DNA of 31,847 nt from a virus (Duplodnaviria > Caudoviricetes): IMG/VR virus record IMGVR_UViG_3300030434_000013, positions 1-31,847 of that record; one strand, 5' to 3'. This document shows, piece by piece, positions 1-8,244 of the stretch (the stretch's first letter is position 1; each line of letters starts with the position of its first letter). The position numbers and the translations under genes are program-made. Under the pieces are notes generated by a model, which ran no database searches, was not told where the DNA came from, and saw nothing but the letters and a program-made list of their open reading frames with translations.

Positions 1-177
1 TCAGAACCAACGATTATGTTTTACATAAAAATAGGTAACAATGATGATCCCTGCAAAGGTAAGAATACCAAAATAGTCAGGCAGGAAACGCGCGAATATA
101 TAAGCACCAGCAACGATGAGTGCTATAGGGATGTAATAAATATAAGACTGCAGAAACCATAATATTGCTCGTTTCAT
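1..177 (-). CDS. small membrane protein (58 aa, two hydrophobic segments)
   Basis: Read by hand: MKRAILWFLQSYIYYIPIALIVAGAYIFARFLPDYFGILTFAGIIIVTYFYVKHNRWF*. Its ATG overlaps the stop of 174..884 (ATGA). Confidence 0.7.
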   Translation of the reverse strand: MKRAILWFLQSYIYYIPIALIVAGAYIFARFLPDYFGILTFAGIIIVTYFYVKHNRWF

Positions 178-884
178 CTTTTTAATAACTCATATAAAGC
201 ATCGCCGATTATTTCCTCATTGTTTCCACCTGATTCAACTTGATAAATTATTTTTGTCATTTGTGGTTCAATAAGAAAATAAAGCATCTCAAGATTCTGT
301 TGGTACAAGGCCTGATAATATTCTGAATCCTGAAATTTGAGCTTATTAGCCGCTAATGCAGCTACCTGCGCTTTCGAATAGATTATGGCGCCGTTAACAT
401 ACATTGATGATAATGAATTGACCATTCTGATATGCGACTGATGAAAATCACCACTACTGATTATGAGCTTTGCAATAGTTAAGGACAGCGCTAGTTTGCT
501 GGATTTTTCGGCGTACTCATAAGCCTTATCGCCTAATTCCTTTTTAAGAAAGACAGCGAGATTGCTACTCTTTTGCTCTCCAAGTCGTTTGAGAGTTTTC
601 CGAAAGTAAATCTCAACCATATCAAGAGCAACATCGTTTCGATTATAAATTTCAGCAAGTGCTAATGTTAGACGGCGGTCCTCATTTATTAGCTCGCGAC
701 AGGCATTGCGGTAGTAATCGTCTGGTATCAAGCACGAGCCATAGTTCATTAAACGCTGTGTACCAAGCTTCAGATTTTCGATAGTGCTCATATTGGTGGC
801 TTGTATTTCTCGCAATGCTTTGGTAAGCGCCAGAGCTAAATTCCTTTCTGATTGCAGCTTCATTTTTGCATAGCCTTCTGCCAT
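174..884 (-). CDS. hypothetical protein (236 aa)
   Basis: Long AT-rich ORF with AAGGGA upstream, coupled to the downstream small ORF. No motif recognised. Confidence 0.75.
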   Translation of the reverse strand: MAEGYAKMKLQSERNLALALTKALREIQATNMSTIENLKLGTQRLMNYGSCLIPDDYYRNACRELINEDRRLTLALAEIYNRNDVALDMVEIYFRKTLKRLGEQKSSNLAVFLKKELGDKAYEYAEKSSKLALSLTIAKLIISSGDFHQSHIRMVNSLSSMYVNGAIIYSKAQVAALAANKLKFQDSEYYQALYQQNLEMLYFLIEPQMTKIIYQVESGGNNEEIIGDALYELLKR

Positions 885-955
885 TGTAATTTCCCTTGTT
901 GTAACATGACCCTGTCAATAATTGATCATCGTTGTCATAGGGGGCAAGGAAGATA

Positions 956-1210
956 ATGAAAAAAAGCGGTAGAGTGGCAATTTATGTTCTGGTAGTAATT
1001 ATTTTCTTTCTAACTATTCCAGAGATCGTCGTTCGTGTACTCACTCCGGAGCAGTTTGCACGATTGAGTGATTTCACTAGCTTTGGTGGCTTGTTCAGTC
1101 ATCTCCTTTCTTTACTAGTTTTCCTTGGCTTAGCTTCAATTCTCCTGGGCGTACTCGCCATTTTGGCAACGAAAAAAATTTACCGGCATTTCACTCGATA
1201 CAAAAGCTAA
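956..1210 (+). CDS. small inner-membrane protein (two TM segments)
   Basis: AAGGA upstream of ATG; two long hydrophobic runs; basic N- and C-termini. Confidence 0.7.
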   Translation: MKKSGRVAIYVLVVIIFFLTIPEIVVRVLTPEQFARLSDFTSFGGLFSHLLSLLVFLGLASILLGVLAILATKKIYRHFTRYKS

Positions 1211-1349
1211 TCATAAAACTGACCCGCAAGGTGGTCGTCGAGGCGAAGTTAAGCCTGTTCTGCTCTGCGTCATACAGTTGGGGTCTGGATTGGGAACGGG
1301 CTCAGTTAAGAAGTAGGGGGACGATAAAGGGCCGCTGTCAGTAACATAG

Positions 1350-1375
1350 AAAAAAGCCACTCGCTGGAGTGGCTT
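1350..1375 (-). terminator. rho-independent terminator downstream of the tRNA 3' copy
   Basis: AAGCCACTC-GCTG-GAGTGGCTT hairpin; the A6 on + is a U-tract on -. A homologous hairpin lies at 22783-22808. Confidence 0.8.
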
Positions 1376-1401
1376 AATTATATGATTGCAAAGCTAAAAT
1401 T

Positions 1402-1447
1402 TGGTGGCCCCTGCTGGACTTGAACCAGCGACCAAGCGATTATGAGT
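1402..1447 (-). repeat. att core: 3' half of tRNA-Ile2(CAT) (ileX/ileY-like), left boundary of element 1
   Basis: Minus strand reads ACTCATAATCGCTTGGTCGCTGGTTCAAGTCCAGCAGGGGCCACCA (anticodon loop, T-arm, acceptor 3' strand, CCA). The 5' half is absent. Phage 186 integrates in ileY. Confidence 0.92.
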
Positions 1448-1491
1448 GCCTATCACAACAACCGAAAATCATTGCTTTGCGTTATTTATCA

Positions 1492-1561
1492 TTGACATAG
1501 ATTGCCACTATTTGCCAATGATTACCCATTATTCGCCATTTCTACCGCCACTTTATCGCCA
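1492..1561. promoter_or_regulatory. att arm: Apl-type repeat array and Int arm-type repeats
   Basis: TTGACA/TTGCCA/TTGCCA/TTACCC at 10-bp period (1492,1502,1512,1522), then CGCCA repeats (minus strand TGGCGATAAAGTGGCGGTAGAAATGGCG). Confidence 0.6.
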
Positions 1562-3267
1562 CCAATGATGGTTTCTTTTAATGCTAAAACTGGATTAGAA
1601 ATTTTTGAGCTGAAAACTTCAAAGACGAAATCCTTAAGACTCTTCAAATCGTCATCTTCAACATTCCTTTCAGTGAGAAATTTCTCAACAAAGGCAGGAC
1701 CATGAAGGCCAGTTTCTGCACTGAAATTCTCAATTTCACCAACTGGAATCAGAAATATTCCCAAGGCTTTTAGCTCATTATTGAATTCATGAAATATCTT
1801 ACGTATATTACCCTTAGGTAATCCGGTTATACCATTATCCTTAACATGACTCCATGGTTTCTTTTGTTTGAAAAATTCTTCTATTTTATTCTTTGAAACT
1901 TTATCTGCAGGTGTTTTTTCTAGAAATTCAAGAATATTTTTCTTGATATCCTCATTACTAATTACCTTGCATTTTTGCGTTATCTCTGCATTTATCTGAT
2001 CCCATAGAGTTAAAACTTTATCCAATTTCTCGACCTCACAACCAAAAGCCAATAAAGTTTTTTTCAATATGTTTTTTTCTGAAATAAGATCAAAGTCGAA
2101 AATTGATTTGACAGGAACGCCGGATAATCGTAGTGCATTTGCAATTCCTGGTATAGCATGCTTTCCGCCTGTTGGAACAAAACATGTGTCAGGAAAAATA
2201 TGGTTATGTTCATTTATCAGATGATCTGCAACATAATTGAATAATCTACAGTCGCTATCATCTTCGCAGATAATTACCTGCTCATGAAAAATAGCCTCTA
2301 ATGCATTTGAATATCTCAGATTTGGTTTTGACCATAGTTCTTTTACGATTGTCTGATCTAGTTCATGTATATAATTAACATTGTTGTCTCTTCTTACTCT
2401 TATAACTTTGAGGTCTCCCTTTGTTCCTTCAAGAAAACCTCGGAGAATATCGCTACTATGAGTAGCAACTATCAATTGCCCATTTACTTCCTCTGAAAGT
2501 GTTTGCCCTAATCTCCGCATTTGTGGTGGATGTAAAAATGCTTCGGGTTCATCAATCATTGTAACATCGTAGTTATGAGCAATGGTTTCAAACAAAATTC
2601 CCGCATAACTTTTAATTCCATCACCTTGTTTATCTAATCGTGGAAATTCCCTCAACAAATTAACATATTCATTGCTTACACGATCAGCAATATGGTCAAG
2701 ATCTTTCTTCTCAACAAGGTGAATTGGTATCGTTTTTCCCGCGCGATAATCGAAAGCTAATTCTTTGTTGAACGCCTTTTTAAAAATAGCACTAACTTTA
2801 TCCATCAATTCACTATTGTCATAAAGGACATGCTGTGGAACTGTTTTTGGTTGTGTTAAATCAATGCTAGATTGGGGTTCACATATATTTAATCTGTCTT
2901 TTGCATTTATTTGCTTAGTGAATAATTTGGATAGTGAATATATTTTTTCGTGTCCACTATAAGTTGAAACATGATTCATGTGCACTTGTGCGGCTCCTAT
3001 ATGATACGTTCCATTTACTAATGCCGCATTTTCTTTGAGATAATTCTCGAGTGATATTTTGTCGAAATTCTTTTGTGTTTTTATACTTGTAACGACTATG
3101 GGGGTGCCTTGATGCTCAGATTGTAAGATTACAATATCTCTGATTGATTGTGATTTTCCGCTATTGTTAGGTCCAACAATTAATAACTTATCTCTCTTAG
3201 AGAGTTTTAGTGTTTGTCCACCAGAAAATGATAACTCAGTAATTGATAAATTTGGTATAGAATTCAA
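1522..3267 (-). CDS. OLD-family-like ABC ATPase with C-terminal TOPRIM nuclease domain (candidate anti-phage protein)
   Basis: Walker A GPNNSGKS, signature-like QGDGIKS, Walker B/D-loop MIDEPEAFLHP, H-loop ATHS, TOPRIM motifs ICEDDSD...GGK...DFD. TTG start overlaps the int stop, with an AAGGAG RBS. Confidence 0.8.
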   Translation of the reverse strand: MNSIPNLSITELSFSGGQTLKLSKRDKLLIVGPNNSGKSQSIRDIVILQSEHQGTPIVVTSIKTQKNFDKISLENYLKENAALVNGTYHIGAAQVHMNHVSTYSGHEKIYSLSKLFTKQINAKDRLNICEPQSSIDLTQPKTVPQHVLYDNSELMDKVSAIFKKAFNKELAFDYRAGKTIPIHLVEKKDLDHIADRVSNEYVNLLREFPRLDKQGDGIKSYAGILFETIAHNYDVTMIDEPEAFLHPPQMRRLGQTLSEEVNGQLIVATHSSDILRGFLEGTKGDLKVIRVRRDNNVNYIHELDQTIVKELWSKPNLRYSNALEAIFHEQVIICEDDSDCRLFNYVADHLINEHNHIFPDTCFVPTGGKHAIPGIANALRLSGVPVKSIFDFDLISEKNILKKTLLAFGCEVEKLDKVLTLWDQINAEITQKCKVISNEDIKKNILEFLEKTPADKVSKNKIEEFFKQKKPWSHVKDNGITGLPKGNIRKIFHEFNNELKALGIFLIPVGEIENFSAETGLHGPAFVEKFLTERNVEDDDLKSLKDFVFEVFSSKISNPVLALKETIIGGDKVAVEMANNG

Positions 3268-4289
3268 AACTCATCTCCTTTAATTTCATTATTAATATTT
3301 AATGGGTTGAATTTTACTGCGTCTTCAAGATGATCAGGTGAAAAATGAGCATATCGCATCGTCATTTTGATGTCGGTATGGCCGAGTACGCGCTGCAAGA
3401 CCAGAATATTACCACCATTCATCATAAAGTGACTGGCGAAGGTATGGCGCAAAACGTGGGTAAGTTGCCCTGCCGGTAATTCGATGCCTGTTCTTTCTAG
3501 AGCTGACCTGAACGCGCCATAACAATCACTGAACAAACGGCCTTTTTTATCATCAGGCAGAGACTCATAGAGCTCTTTGCTGATTGGGACAGTGCGGTTT
3601 TTTCTGCCTTTTGTGTTGGTGTATGTGATTTTGCATTTCGCGAGCTGGCTTTTTCTCAGACTCTCGGCCTCAGACCAGCGTGCGCCAGTGGCGAGACAGA
3701 TTCTTACCACTGTTTCTAAATCAGGGTGGTCATGCCTTTTGCACTCTCCGAGCAGTTGCGAAATTTGGTCGTGAGTTAGCCAGGCCATTTCCATTTCTTC
3801 TGTGCGGAATGGGCGCATATTTTTCAGCGGGTTCTCACCCTTCCATTCTCCGAGGCGGTTTAGCTCATTGAATACCGCCCGGAAGTAGGCCAGCTCAAGA
3901 TTAGGCGTACGAGGCGATACCTCTTTCACCCTGTTTGAACGGGCATACTCACCTTTTAACTGCTTTTCCCGGTAGTGGGAAAACATCTGCGCACCGAAAT
4001 CGCGTGCGAGTGGTTCGCCCATACACTCAAAAGCATGGTACATCGCTAACTGGCGTTTTAAGCCATCTTTTAAAGTAATGCCACGAGCGCTATACCATGA
4101 GTCAACCAACTCTTTTAACGTGCGCCTGTCTTCCTTTTCTTCCTGCCACGGGTTTTGAACGGTGTACTGTTCGAACGCCAGCGCCTCGCCTTTGGTGGCG
4201 AATTTCTTTTTGATACGTTTGCCTATTGCCCCGTTTGGATAGGGCTCGCAAATCCAACCGCCAGTAGGATTCTCACGACCCACCCTCAA
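3264..4289 (-). CDS. int: 186-type tyrosine integrase (start codon uncertain, possibly decaying)
   Basis: Catalytic motifs TGARWSE, TKG, HVLRH, LGH and RYAH are present; closely resembles 186 Int. Confidence 0.92.
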   Translation of the reverse strand: MRVGRENPTGGWICEPYPNGAIGKRIKKKFATKGEALAFEQYTVQNPWQEEKEDRRTLKELVDSWYSARGITLKDGLKRQLAMYHAFECMGEPLARDFGAQMFSHYREKQLKGEYARSNRVKEVSPRTPNLELAYFRAVFNELNRLGEWKGENPLKNMRPFRTEEMEMAWLTHDQISQLLGECKRHDHPDLETVVRICLATGARWSEAESLRKSQLAKCKITYTNTKGRKNRTVPISKELYESLPDDKKGRLFSDCYGAFRSALERTGIELPAGQLTHVLRHTFASHFMMNGGNILVLQRVLGHTDIKMTMRYAHFSPDHLEDAVKFNPLNINNEIKGDEF

Positions 4290-4861
4290 TTAACCTCGCT
4301 GTAAATCCCCACCACGCGCCCCACCGTTTTTATCTCGTCGATACCGCATTCAAACGGAACCTTGCCGCCCGCCACGTGGAGTTTTTTACCCGGCAGCAGC
4401 GTGAGGTCGCGGATGCTGGCGGTGCCTTCAATCTCAACCAGCCACAGGCCGTCGGTTAACGATGCCTCTTTTTCAATAAAGTGCAGCTTTCCCTCCGCCC
4501 GAACGGCGATGCCGCGAGCCAGCGGTTTGCTAAAGAAACCAGAGTCAATACTCAAAGTGGTATTTTCTTCCAGCTTTCCATCACTCAGTGTGAATGTGGA
4601 AACCGAAACCGGATCGCCCGGCGCGGGGTGACCTTCAAACTGCGCACCTTGTCCGGTCATCAGCCAGCGAAGGCTGGCGCCGGTGTCCAGCGCGCACTGA
4701 ACCGCAAAGTCGTAAGAGACGGTACCGCGCGCGTAGCGGTTCTGAAGCGAGCTGGCGGCGATATTAAAGTGCCGGGCCAGCTGGATTTTCTGCGTGAAAC
4801 CATATACCTGACAGATTCTATCGAGTAACTCTTCATTATTCACTTGAGAATCTAAAATCAA
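4286..4861 (-). CDS. cI: 186-type CI immunity repressor
   Basis: LDRICQVYGFTQKIQLARHF...GRVVGIYSEVN resembles 186 CI. Likely TTG start at 4861 after AAGGA. Confidence 0.92.
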   Translation of the reverse strand: MILDSQVNNEELLDRICQVYGFTQKIQLARHFNIAASSLQNRYARGTVSYDFAVQCALDTGASLRWLMTGQGAQFEGHPAPGDPVSVSTFTLSDGKLEENTTLSIDSGFFSKPLARGIAVRAEGKLHFIEKEASLTDGLWLVEIEGTASIRDLTLLPGKKLHVAGGKVPFECGIDEIKTVGRVVGIYSEVN

Positions 4862-4879
4862 AATATATTCCTTTGGGTG

Positions 4880-4908
4880 TTTACTAATACTCAATTGAGT
4901 ATTAGTAT
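4880..4908 (+). promoter_or_regulatory. early lytic promoter pR with overlapping palindromic operator
   Basis: TTTACT-N17-TAGTAT; perfect 26-bp palindrome TACTAATACTCAATTGAGTATTAGTA at 4882-4907. Confidence 0.6.
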
Positions 4909-4920
4909 CATTACAAATTC

Positions 4921-4976
4921 GGGCAATCAGCGGCAGGCGTTGGCAAACAGAGGCTAATGATTGCAGACATTATCAA
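4921..4976 (+). promoter_or_regulatory. Apl-type direct-repeat array in the pR/pL switch
   Basis: GGGCAA, CGGCAG, TGGCAA, AGGCTA, TTGCAG, TATCAA at an exact 10-bp period. Confidence 0.55.
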
Positions 4977-4994
4977 AATGGGAATCATGCAGCA

Positions 4995-5021
4995 TGGCAT
5001 CTGAAATCGCAATCATCAAAC
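4995..5021 (+). pseudogene. apl: apl remnant (first 9 codons only)
   Basis: ATGGCATCTGAAATCGCAATCATCAAA encodes MASEIAIIK, the 186 Apl N-terminus. Unrelated sequence follows, and there is no room for the rest of apl or cII before 5089. Confidence 0.75.
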
Positions 5022-5088
5022 GGCGGAAAAAACCGTGCTCTGCCCGTTTTCAGCGCACTAGCGTGCGTGAGTTTACGCGAGGGGAGAT

Positions 5089-5427
5089 ATGGCGATAGAA
5101 GCTGCCCGTGCAAGGGTTCCACTTAGCGTGGGAGCTCGCCTTAGCGGGCTTAACCACATCGCTGAACTGCGCGCCCGATACGGGAGCGATAGCGGAAAAG
5201 AGCTGGCGCGGTTTATGGCTGAGCTGCGCGATAAGCGCGATCCCTGTTTTGAGGAGAACAGCAGGGCGCTGGCCGCCCTCTTTTTCCTGGCGAGATTGCC
5301 CGTCGCCCGTCATGAGTGCGAGCTCAGTGAGCTAACCACAGAGGAGAAAAGGGCGCTGATTAACGCCATGAATCATTTTCGTGCTGTCGTGAGTTTATTT
5401 CCTGAACGGCTGACCATGCCGATATAA
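5089..5427 (+). CDS. P2-family early protein (DUF5347-like)
   Basis: GGAG RBS; GLNHIAELRA...AMNHFRAVVSLFP is typical of this family. Confidence 0.8.
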   Translation: MAIEAARARVPLSVGARLSGLNHIAELRARYGSDSGKELARFMAELRDKRDPCFEENSRALAALFFLARLPVARHECELSELTTEEKRALINAMNHFRAVVSLFPERLTMPI

Positions 5428-5492
5428 CCCAACCCAAAAACTAATGGCGTAAACCCGCCGGGCATCCTTTTGCCTGAATTTAAGGAGAACGC

Positions 5493-5723
5493 GTGATGCG
5501 AAACAGTGAAAACCGCCCTTATCCGACCGGAAGTGAAGAACTGAAGCGCCTGCTGGCAGAGGCAAAAACAGAGGAACGATGCGCGCGAGCCCTCGCGGTC
5601 TCCCTGCGTCTGGAGGCCCTGGCGAGCCATATCTACAAAACCGGCATGAGCGGAGAAGACGTTGCCGAACTGCTGTGCCACGAGGCGGCCCGCTACGAGC
5701 GTGAATCCCAGGAGCTACACTGA
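5493..5723 (+). CDS. P2-family early protein (DUF2732-like)
   Basis: AAGGAG RBS; LLAEAKTEER...ESQELH; stop overlaps the next ATG. Confidence 0.8.
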   Translation: MMRNSENRPYPTGSEELKRLLAEAKTEERCARALAVSLRLEALASHIYKTGMSGEDVAELLCHEAARYERESQELH

Positions 5724-5944
5724 TGGCCGATTTTATCGATCTTGCGCAGGTGCGCGAGCAGGAGGACAGAGAGCGTTACATTAATCGCGCCCGCAGACGA
5801 CCCGCATCGCCTTCGCGTTTCCTCTGCGAGGACTGCGAGGCCCCGATACCGGAGGCGCGCCGAATAGCGGTGCCTGGCGTAGCCCTGTGCGTGACCTGCC
5901 AGGAGATCGCGGAGATGAAAAATAAACACGTCCGGGGAGGATAA
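5723..5944 (+). CDS. TraR/DksA-type C4 zinc-finger protein (P2 Orf82-like)
   Basis: CEDC...IPEARR...CVTCQ. Confidence 0.88.
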   Translation: MADFIDLAQVREQEDRERYINRARRRPASPSRFLCEDCEAPIPEARRIAVPGVALCVTCQEIAEMKNKHVRGG

Positions 5945-5945
5945 G

Positions 5946-8135
5946 TTGGCTACGTCATTTGCTTATCCGTGGAATGCCCCACGGTCGGCCATTGCCAGCC
6001 CTTATCTCACCCACGCCCAACAGCAGCGCCGCGATCGCCTTTTCGCGGCGCTGCAGCAGGCAAGAATTGCCCTCTCACAGCAGCCAGACTGCGTACGCTT
6101 CGAGGTCTGGCGCACGGTTGACGCCCTCGAACAGCATCGGGGCAGCCCGCAGGCTAACGCCTTTTTGATCCGCTTCTGCAAAAGGATGTTGCCCCGTCTG
6201 AGGCGGGTCTCTGAACGCTATGCCTGCACAGGCCTGCACGACGAGGTCTCCAGGGCCGTGTTTGACGGCCATTTCGACACTCTGCTTCTGCAATACCTCG
6301 CCTCGCGGATGGTCGAACTGGTTGCCCGCTATAACCGCCTTCCTGATATGTCCCGCGCGGACATCGACCTGCTGGCCGCAGATATCGCCAGCTTTATTCG
6401 CGGCGAGCTGGCGAATATTAATGATGCTGAGATGGGCGAATACCAGACGCTGTACGTCTGGTATCAGCGCGCCGGACTGATTGCCCGGCAGTTCAACGTG
6501 TCGCCACCGCACTGGGAGCGGGTGTCGAAGACGTTTTTCAACAAAGATGACGTTGCCGCGGCGGTGATCCGCATGTTTTCCGAGGCGTGGTGGCGCGGGC
6601 GTCTGCGTCGGGTCGCGGCTGCCTGGCGCGAGCATTTGCAGATCGCCCTCGGCAACGTCAGCAAACGGAGAACGGCGTATGCGAGCAAACGCTGCGTGAC
6701 CGAGTGGCGCGAGCAGAAGCGCCGCACGCGCGAATTTCTCAAGGGCATGGAGCTGGAAGATGAAGAGGGCAACCGCATCAGCCTGATTGAAAAATACGAC
6801 AGCTCGGCGGCCAACCCGGCGATACGTCGCTGTGAACTGATGACCCGCATCCGCGGGTTTGAAAATATCTGTGAGGCGCTGGGCTACGTGGGCGAGTTCT
6901 ATACCTTAACCGCGCCCGCGCAGTATCACGCGACGCTGAAATCAGGCTTCCCCAACGCGAAGTGGAACGGGGCCAGCCCGGCGGATACGCAAATCTACTT
7001 TACCCGCCTGTGGGCGCGTATCAGGGCAAAACTGCACCGGGACGGGCGCCGTATCTTTGGTATCCGCGTTGCGGAACCCCATCACGACGGTACACCCCAC
7101 TGGCACATGCTGATGTTTATGCTGCCGGAAGACGTCGAATGCGTTCGCCGGATTATCGGGGATTATGCCCGGCAGGAGGATGCTGCCGAGCTGCAGAGCG
7201 AAGGCGCCAGACAGGCGCGCTTTCACGCGGACGCGATCGATCCGCAGAAAGGCAGCGCTACCGGCTATATCGCCAAATACATCTCAAAGAATATCGACGG
7301 CTATGCGCTCGATGGCGAGACCGATAGCGAAAGCGGCGGGCTGCTGAAGGAGACGGCGTCCGCCGTGTCGGCCTGGGCAGGGCGCTGGCACATTCGCCAG
7401 TTTCAGTTCATCGGCGGCGCGCCGGTTACGGTCTACCGCGAGCTGCGGCGTCTGGTGGATACCGATGCCGCGCGCGGTCTGAGCGTTGAGTTTGCCGCCG
7501 TCCAGGAGGCTGCCGACGCCGGGGACTGGGCGGGTTACGTTACTGCGCAGGGCGGGCCGTTTGTGCGTCGCGATGATTTACAGGTGCGCACGCTGTATGA
7601 GCCGCGCGCCGGGTTTAACCAGTACGGCGAGGAAACGGTCCGCATCCGCGGCGTGTACGATTCTGCCGTTGGCGCGGGCAGCCCAGTTTTAACCCGGCTC
7701 ACGCAGTGGAAAATTGTGCCGAAGCGGGCCGCGGATCTTAAGGACGCGCCCGTATCCTCTCGGAGTTCTGTCAATAACTGTACGCAGACCGATCTTTCTC
7801 AACCCCTCAGCCGACGTGCGAGGCGGGCGTTAACCGAACGCATCAAATTCATCCGCCCTGGCGCGACAGCGCCCGTCGTCTTCGCGAGCGACCCGCAGAA
7901 CGGGGTACCGGAGAAGGTGATCGATGAGATACGGCTCGCCACCGGGATAGCCATCAGCCGGGCAGAAGCCCTGCATCTTATGGCGGGAGGCATCAGCCGC
8001 TTTAACGATAAATGGTGCAGGGGCGCAGCTGACGGATCGCTATTTCCGGCACCGTGTTCTTACCAGCAAAAGGCGCGGAAAATCCTTGAACGTATTGGGC
8101 TTTTAACGGATCTCTTCGCTCAGAGGGCACGCTAA
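5946..8135 (+). CDS. A: rolling-circle replication initiator gpA
   Basis: YTLTAP, EPHHDGTPHWH (HUH motif) and GYIAKYISKN (two catalytic Tyr); uninterrupted 729 aa; GGAGG RBS. Confidence 0.95.
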   Translation: MATSFAYPWNAPRSAIASPYLTHAQQQRRDRLFAALQQARIALSQQPDCVRFEVWRTVDALEQHRGSPQANAFLIRFCKRMLPRLRRVSERYACTGLHDEVSRAVFDGHFDTLLLQYLASRMVELVARYNRLPDMSRADIDLLAADIASFIRGELANINDAEMGEYQTLYVWYQRAGLIARQFNVSPPHWERVSKTFFNKDDVAAAVIRMFSEAWWRGRLRRVAAAWREHLQIALGNVSKRRTAYASKRCVTEWREQKRRTREFLKGMELEDEEGNRISLIEKYDSSAANPAIRRCELMTRIRGFENICEALGYVGEFYTLTAPAQYHATLKSGFPNAKWNGASPADTQIYFTRLWARIRAKLHRDGRRIFGIRVAEPHHDGTPHWHMLMFMLPEDVECVRRIIGDYARQEDAAELQSEGARQARFHADAIDPQKGSATGYIAKYISKNIDGYALDGETDSESGGLLKETASAVSAWAGRWHIRQFQFIGGAPVTVYRELRRLVDTDAARGLSVEFAAVQEAADAGDWAGYVTAQGGPFVRRDDLQVRTLYEPRAGFNQYGEETVRIRGVYDSAVGAGSPVLTRLTQWKIVPKRAADLKDAPVSSRSSVNNCTQTDLSQPLSRRARRALTERIKFIRPGATAPVVFASDPQNGVPEKVIDEIRLATGIAISRAEALHLMAGGISRFNDKWCRGAADGSLFPAPCSYQQKARKILERIGLLTDLFAQRAR
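7756..7780 (+). other. P2/186-type replication origin inside gene A
   Basis: CCTCTCG^GAGTTCTGTCAATAACTG resembles the P2 ori nick region CCTCG^GAGTCCTGTCAA. Confidence 0.75.
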
Positions 8136-8206
8136 TCTCCATCCATATCATGTACATACCGTGAAGGGTTCTGATTTTTCGCTTCACTCTTTTTGTGAAT
8201 ACGTGC

Positions 8207-8226
8207 TACTGTATGTTTATACAGTA
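8207..8226 (+). promoter_or_regulatory. LexA (SOS) box upstream of tum
   Basis: TACTGTATGTTTATACAGTA, two mismatches from the consensus TACTGTATATATATACAGTA. Confidence 0.92.
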
Positions 8227-8244
8227 TCTCGTGGTGGAGGTTAT

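Noticed and set aside
1402-1447. Functional tRNA gene (also 22835-22879)
   Set aside because: Only the anticodon loop to CCA is present; the D-arm and 5' acceptor strand are missing, so these are att copies.
5959-7993. Many overlapping alternative-frame and antisense ORFs in gene A (likewise in FI, FII, T, D and 27-30 kb)
   Set aside because: Shadow ORFs expected in GC-rich coding DNA; no RBS or motifs.
8183-8199. TTCAC-N7-GTGAA as a CI operator at tum
   Set aside because: Spacing differs from the ogr site and the arms are short; likely chance or part of the -35 region.
8161-8244. N-terminal extension of tum given in the ORF track
   Set aside because: It covers the promoter and LexA box; the RBS and homology support GTG 8245. 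Similar over-extensions were trimmed for X, lysB, lysC, R, V, J, U and ogr.
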